Of a stretch of 64,000 nt of DNA, positions 58,901-64,000 are shown piece by piece. Origin of the DNA: a virus (Duplodnaviria; Caudoviricetes); the IMG/VR virus record IMGVR_UViG_649989997_000001, positions 50,552 through 114,551 of that record. One strand, 5' to 3'. Each line of letters starts with the position of its first letter. Positions within the stretch are counted from its first letter, which is position 1. The notes beneath the pieces were generated by a model, which saw only the letters and a program-made list of their open reading frames with translations, was not told where the DNA came from and ran no database searches. Position numbers and translations under genes: made by a program.

Positions 58901-59971
58901 ATGAAAAAGCTCGCTTTATTGATTGTATGCTTCCTTTTGATTGTGATGAACAATTCATATTGCTATGCTGTTCGTAGTGAAATATATGAAAATCGACTAG
59001 CATATTCGTCGGATCTGTATGATGTCTATATAACCACAAATCTTGTTGAAAATCAGCTATTCAATTTCTACTCCAATAAAAAGATCGAGATGACCATCAT
59101 AAAGAAGATAAAATCGAGGTCATATGTGAATCATATTCAAAGCGTGATTCGTGAATTTTATGCACCACCATTTTGGAATCCGGAGGATATTGTTTCAAGG
59201 ATTGGTTCTGCCTACGCTAACAATGATTTATGGATTCAAGAAAAAATATATCTAGACTTTAGAACACGATCTGTAGCGATATTTGATGAATCTTTATGGA
59301 CGAAAGCGGGGAAAAATCCTGAGATTATACTAAACCTAGATCCAGAAGGTACGTTTCATACAGACTACAACTTTTCCGACATGGATAATAGCCCTGAATA
59401 TGCCGAAATCGCCAATGCTTCAATAGAGTTCCTCGAATCAATTAAGGATACTTACTTCAATAAAAACAAACGCAAAGAACATGAACTAAATGTGATATAT
59501 TCAAGAAATTTTGACTACTACTGGGCAAGATTGACAAAGAAATGGGAAAAAACTGATGATATTGATCCGAAGACTGAAAAAATCTTCTATGCACGTTTTA
59601 CCGATATATATGTTGACGCACAATCTATTCGCTGGGTAGATAACTACCTTGAAGGATGGATACGTCTTGATATTGATGTAGGGCGGCTCATAACCCCTGA
59701 AATGTCGAAAGAAAAACAGGACAAATTATTAATGAATATACCGATAAAGTCTGCTTTATACTACACAAGATTTGACCCAAACAAGAAACAATTTCTAGTG
59801 ATTGCAGGTTATGAAACTGCAAGAGATGGCAGTGTAAAAAAATATGTGTTGAAGACACCTGAATTATGGACATATGATTCCGCCCCTGATGTCGTAGCAG
59901 GGGTATTAAATAAAGTAGCGGACATATACAATCATAAAAGAGACTTTTGGGGAAGTAGAGGAACTCGATAA
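58901..59971 (+). CDS. AT-rich secreted moron protein between terL and portal
   Basis: MKKLALLIVCFLLIV signal peptide; opposite strand; low GC. Confidence 0.75.
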   Translation: MKKLALLIVCFLLIVMNNSYCYAVRSEIYENRLAYSSDLYDVYITTNLVENQLFNFYSNKKIEMTIIKKIKSRSYVNHIQSVIREFYAPPFWNPEDIVSRIGSAYANNDLWIQEKIYLDFRTRSVAIFDESLWTKAGKNPEIILNLDPEGTFHTDYNFSDMDNSPEYAEIANASIEFLESIKDTYFNKNKRKEHELNVIYSRNFDYYWARLTKKWEKTDDIDPKTEKIFYARFTDIYVDAQSIRWVDNYLEGWIRLDIDVGRLITPEMSKEKQDKLLMNIPIKSALYYTRFDPNKKQFLVIAGYETARDGSVKKYVLKTPELWTYDSAPDVVAGVLNKVADIYNHKRDFWGSRGTR

Positions 59972-60035
59972 ACTGTGGTTTGAGTAAGCAGATTAAATGG
60001 GGGCTTAATGTCATCGGTGTAAAGATACAATTCGC

Positions 60036-61637
60036 TCACATCACCAACACCCCACGATTTTCATACACCGATTCCGACGTATCGTTCCCACACCGAATCG
60101 CACGGTCAAGTGCCATAATGAGCGCGATTACACCGTCGATCTTCTCGGTGGACTTCTCCTTGTCCGCCTTGATGTTGCCCGCAGGGTCGGTGCGAATAAA
60201 GATGTTGTCTGCCATCCAGCGCATGACGGGATGCCCGCCGTGCGCTATTTTCTTTTCCAGTGTCAGCTTCATCAACTCTTTGGTCGGCGGACTCATATCC
60301 TTGAAGCCTTGCCCGAACGGAACAACGGTGAATCCCATTCCCTCAAGGTTCTGCACCATCTGCACCGCGCCCCAGCGGTCAAAGGCAATCTCGCGGATGT
60401 TGTACTTTTCGCCCAATTTCTCGATGAACGCCTCGATGAATCCGTAATGCACAACATTCCCCTCCGTGGTCATGAGAAAGCCCTGCTTCTCCCACACGTC
60501 ATACGGCACATGGTCACGCCGCACGCGCAGGTCGATGTTATCCTCGGGAATCCAGAAGTACGGAAGCACGGCAAACGGCTCATCTTCCTCGGTCGGAGGG
60601 AACACGAGAACAAATGCCGTAATGTCCATCGTGGAGGAAAGGTCAAGACCGCCGTAACAGACACGTCCTTCCAAACCATCCGCATCCACAGGTATGGCGC
60701 ACGCATCCCACCTATCCATTGGCATCCACCGCACGGACTGCTTCACCCACTGATTCAGACGCAGCTGACGAAAGCTGTTTTCCTCGGCAGGGTTCTGCCG
60801 TGCAGAGTCACACGCCGCCTGTACCTTGTCGATGCCGACCGTGATGCCGAGGGACGGATTCGACCGTTTCCATACCTCGGGGTCTGTCCAGTCCTCATCT
60901 TCCTTCGCTCCGTAGATCACGGGATAGAAGGTCGGGTCGATTTTTCTCCCTTCGAGAATGTCCTTCGCTTTCTGGTGCGTCTCGTAGCAGATGGACTGCG
61001 TATCCGTTCCTGCCGTGGTGATAAGGAAGTAGAGTGGCTGCATACGCGCATCGCCGGAGCCTTTCGTCATAACATCAAAGAGCTTGCGATTCGCCTGCGT
61101 GTGAAGTTCGTCGAATACAACGCCATGGATATTGAAGCCATGCTTCGAGTATGCTTCTGCCGAAAGCACCTGATAAAAGCTATTCGTCGGAAGATAGACC
61201 ATTCGCTTCTGGGAGGCAAGGATCTTCACCCGCTTACCGAGTGCGGGACACATCCGCACCATATCTGCTGCGACCTCAAAGACAATGCTCGCCTGCTGAC
61301 GATCGGCAGCACAGCCATACACCTCGGCACGTTCCTCCCCGTCGCCGCAGCAAAGGAGCAGTGCAACGGCGGCCGCAAGTTCGCTCTTCCCGTTCTTCTT
61401 CCCTATCTCGATATACGCCGTGTTGAACTGGCGATACCCGTTCGGCTTCAAAATTCCGAAAATGTCTCGGATAATGCGCTCCTGCCAGTCGATGAGTTCA
61501 AAGGGCTTTCCTGCCCACGTCCCCTTCGTATGGCACAGACACTCGATGAATCCCACAGCGTAGTCCGCAGCTTCTTTGTCATAATGCGCGTTCTCTGCCA
61601 TAAACTTTGTCGGCTTGTAGTCCGTAAGTTTTCGCAA
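60036..61637 (-). CDS. terL: Terminase large subunit
   Basis: KKNGKSE Walker A, VVFDELH, ITTAG, GGLDLSS, KIDGVIA. Confidence 0.95.
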   Translation of the reverse strand: MRKLTDYKPTKFMAENAHYDKEAADYAVGFIECLCHTKGTWAGKPFELIDWQERIIRDIFGILKPNGYRQFNTAYIEIGKKNGKSELAAAVALLLCCGDGEERAEVYGCAADRQQASIVFEVAADMVRMCPALGKRVKILASQKRMVYLPTNSFYQVLSAEAYSKHGFNIHGVVFDELHTQANRKLFDVMTKGSGDARMQPLYFLITTAGTDTQSICYETHQKAKDILEGRKIDPTFYPVIYGAKEDEDWTDPEVWKRSNPSLGITVGIDKVQAACDSARQNPAEENSFRQLRLNQWVKQSVRWMPMDRWDACAIPVDADGLEGRVCYGGLDLSSTMDITAFVLVFPPTEEDEPFAVLPYFWIPEDNIDLRVRRDHVPYDVWEKQGFLMTTEGNVVHYGFIEAFIEKLGEKYNIREIAFDRWGAVQMVQNLEGMGFTVVPFGQGFKDMSPPTKELMKLTLEKKIAHGGHPVMRWMADNIFIRTDPAGNIKADKEKSTEKIDGVIALIMALDRAIRCGNDTSESVYENRGVLVM

Positions 61638-61732
61638 GCAATCACCCCCATCAAAAAAGAGCCGCTGTCAGCGACTCGAAATATCTGTAACGAGAAGCAG
61701 CCCCGAAGGGCTGTTTTGTTGTTCGGCGTGGC

Positions 61733-62011
61733 TTAGATGCGCTTCATGCACCAAGCCATCGCGTGCCCGCCGTCCTCGAAAAGCTCGGTGGCGGCTTCGA
61801 CAAGGTTCAAGCGGCATTCGATGTCCGCGAATCCCGTCTCCTCCGGCGTTTCGACCATCTCATAAACGGCTGCGTGGAAGCCCCAGCATTCCATCCCGAC
61901 CACAAGGATCTGCTCGCCGTACCGCAGGATCGCGCCGCTCGTTCCGAACCGCATCTCATCGAGGTGCTCCATCGTAGTGGTCTTCGGCCATCTTGCTTCT
62001 GCGTTTCTCAT
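61733..62011 (-). CDS. Hypothetical protein
   Basis: Own promoter-like region and RBS; flanked by CAGCCCCGAAxGGCTG hairpins. Confidence 0.65.
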   Translation of the reverse strand: MRNAEARWPKTTTMEHLDEMRFGTSGAILRYGEQILVVGMECWGFHAAVYEMVETPEETGFADIECRLNLVEAATELFEDGGHAMAWCMKRI

Positions 62012-62166
62012 TTTGTGTTCCTCGCTTTCTGTGTGTAGGTTGTTCCCTTTGGTCATGTACATATATGCCTCTAAACGCAGAATATAGCAAGTCTTATTTT
62101 CGATAAATCACACTTATTTTTCGAGAGAAACACAGCCCCGAAAGGCTGTGCAAGAAGCCGTAAAAC

Positions 62167-62343
62167 TTACTCTTCGCCCGTGAGGATAAAGCGTACATAC
62201 GCCGCACGGTTCTCTTCGATGAAGCAGATGAGTTCGTAGAATTCCATCTTAAACGCCATCCTCTGAACAGCGGGAATGTCGAACATATTCACTCGCCCGG
62301 AGTCGCGGATGTCCATGATCTGTGAGAAAACCGTTTCGTTCAT
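62167..62343 (-). CDS. DUF5049 protein
   Basis: QIMDIRDSGRVNMFD...YVRFILTG. Confidence 0.82.
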   Translation of the reverse strand: MNETVFSQIMDIRDSGRVNMFDIPAVQRMAFKMEFYELICFIEENRAAYVRFILTGEE

Positions 62344-62585
62344 GACCTGCCGCCTTTCTCTGCAATGCGGAAGGAGTCCACGCTGGGGATAAGCCTGAGT
62401 GACGATCCTGTCTCCCATCGGACGAGAAGCTGTCCCGCATCGTCAACGCCCATGACCTCGCCCATCGTTCCCGTCGGCGGGGCTTGCGGATCGTCCATTG
62501 CGAGGAGTTCCACCCGAGTCCCGCGCGGATACCGCTCTCGAAGCACGGCGATCTGCTCCCTACTCGGAAAGCGCATGACGCTCAT
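62340..62585 (-). CDS. DUF4314 protein (helper copy)
   Basis: YPRGTRVELLAMDDPQAPPTGTMGEVMGVDDAGQLLVRWETGSSL. Confidence 0.85.
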   Translation of the reverse strand: MSVMRFPSREQIAVLRERYPRGTRVELLAMDDPQAPPTGTMGEVMGVDDAGQLLVRWETGSSLRLIPSVDSFRIAEKGGRS

Positions 62586-63309
62586 CTCCCTTCCGATGTC
62601 CACTCTTAAAGGCGCTGCTGCCCGTGAGGTTCTGCAAGAGAATCTTTCGCGACTCTTTGTAGGCACTCCCGATCATGCCAAGGCGCAGGAGGAAACAGCG
62701 GAAGGCGTATTTCTCGTTGTCCACGATCTTCTCCTTTGCCGTGACGCGCTTCTGTGTCCGCGCCATCAGGCAGAGCTTGCTGATGAACTCGGCATACGCC
62801 TTTGCCGTCTCGTCGGTGATCGTCCCGTGCAGCCATGCAAAGGTGATGCGGTCGCCCTCTAGCGTGTAGGTCGCTTCTCGGATGTCAAAGGCATGGCGAA
62901 TGAGCCGCTCCTTGCTCAGAAGGAGTGCATCCAGATTGTTCAGTGCGGTCTCCGTGAAGAGACTGCGCGGGAGGCTGATGGAAAGGCTGTCCTCGGAGGA
63001 GTCAGCTTCTGCATCTGCCGTTTCCGTCGGGGTGGAATCGTTCTGCGCCGTGTCCGCGCAGGAGGGCTCGTTTTCCCCATCCTCGGACGTAAAGCCCGCC
63101 TCGCGCAGTGCCGTCCGCACACGCGCCACCGTCGCTTCGTCAGCCCCATCGTCGAAGCAAAGGCTGCCGTCCTTCGTGATCTCAAATGCGCTGACCTTGT
63201 AGGAAAACCTCGGTGCGGCGCAGTAGACGGGCTTTTCGCCGACTGCCTTGCTGATGATCCCGACCATCGCCTTGCGCTCTTCCTTCTGGATGTTGTAATT
63301 GACCTTCAT
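62560..63309 (-). CDS. Phage 'virulence-related' family protein (helper copy)
   Basis: NEKYAFRCFLLRLGMIG...RKILLQNLTGSSAFK. Confidence 0.8.
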   Translation of the reverse strand: MKVNYNIQKEERKAMVGIISKAVGEKPVYCAAPRFSYKVSAFEITKDGSLCFDDGADEATVARVRTALREAGFTSEDGENEPSCADTAQNDSTPTETADAEADSSEDSLSISLPRSLFTETALNNLDALLLSKERLIRHAFDIREATYTLEGDRITFAWLHGTITDETAKAYAEFISKLCLMARTQKRVTAKEKIVDNEKYAFRCFLLRLGMIGSAYKESRKILLQNLTGSSAFKSGHRKGDERHALSE

Positions 63310-63426
63310 TTTGAAAACCTCCTTTATGAACTTTGGTCATTACATTCATCACTCGTATGGGAAGAATTAGCAAGCGGATTGTGTTGTATACACCATAGCC
63401 TCAGTGAGATAAACCACAGAGTATTA

Positions 63427-63708
63427 TCATTTCACAGAATGAGGAGCAGTCATCCGCTCGAGCATCTTGCCCGTCATCCAGATCGCCCCGTCAATGACAA
63501 GCGGCAGGAAGATGCGGTCACGGAATCTGCACCATCCTGACTCCTTCTCGGCACTCTCTTTCAGTGCCGCCGTATACGCCGCCGACACTTCACGCGCCGC
63601 AGGAAGCCCCTTCTCATGCAGCCATAGGACGGTCGCTTCCTTCGCCTCCGTCCGCACGAAATCTCCCACATGATTTTTCAGTTCGTTTTGAATGTGTTCC
63701 AGTTTCAT
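63427..63708 (-). CDS. Hypothetical protein
   Basis: ORF coupled to the amidase; ESGWCRFRDRIFLP. Confidence 0.6.
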   Translation of the reverse strand: MKLEHIQNELKNHVGDFVRTEAKEATVLWLHEKGLPAAREVSAAYTAALKESAEKESGWCRFRDRIFLPLVIDGAIWMTGKMLERMTAPHSVK

Positions 63709-63710
63709 CT

Positions 63711-64000
63711 TCAACACTCTCCTTCATAGTCCGTTACCCCACGCGCAATGGCGCGGGCAAATTCATCCTGCTGCGAACGCAGAAGCTCTGCGTCACCCGC
63801 ATGGTCGATAAACGCAAGTTCCACGATCACAGCGACCGCATCGGTGTTGCTCAGAACGTACAGACCGTTGACACCGGGCTTTGCCCCCTTCACGCTGCGA
63901 TCCACGGTTCCGAGTGCATCCATAATCTGATTCTGGATGCACTGTAGCCAGTTTCTCTCCCTCTCCGCTTCCGTAGTAGTGCCAGACCTCTGTCCCCTGA
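63711..64000 (-). pseudogene. N-acetylmuramoyl-L-alanine amidase (endolysin), 3' part, with an apparent +1 frameshift at ~63945
   Basis: GTEVWHY..GEKLA in one frame, QCIQNQIMDALG..LYVLSNTDAVAVIVELAFID in the next. Confidence 0.7.

Overview
64 kb of a Negativicutes (Selenomonas-like, inferred) chromosome carrying three mobile elements. (1) Positions 1 to ~18,100 are the right arm of prophage A, integrated into comM. It holds terS, a cos-like region, a DinJ/YafQ toxin-antitoxin pair, HNH, a RinA-like activator, SNF2, VapE primase-helicase, PolA, SSB, DUF2800 nuclease, a sigma-factor-like gene and a divergent NACHT gene. (2) ~18.1-28.4 kb is host and accessory DNA: DUF389, nhaA, an MFS exporter, a secreted TNT-domain protein, a truncated SIR2 gene, a nicotinamidase-like hydrolase and an IS remnant. 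Three copies of a ~170-bp palindromic repeat lie here and a fourth lies in the satellite. (3) ~28.4 kb to the window end is a related siphoviral prophage B, with two serine recombinases, holin, tail, HK97-type head and terL. The main discovery is a 13.7-kb satellite-like element (40,164-53,878) integrated inside prophage B's major tail gene. It has a CTTT core at both ends and a reconstructable palindromic attP, and excision restores a 199-aa tail protein. It encodes a serine recombinase, primase-helicase with an iteron ori, Xis, a scaffold-less major-capsid homolog, a block-conserved copy of the phage cos region, two genes homologous to helper genes and a two-subunit R-M system. It has no terminase, portal or tail genes. 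Also found: a GGTGACCAAA-N12-GTCY motif (4 copies over both prophages) and a shared promoter box upstream of the helper and satellite recombinases. All family assignments come from motif recognition by eye, not database searches.
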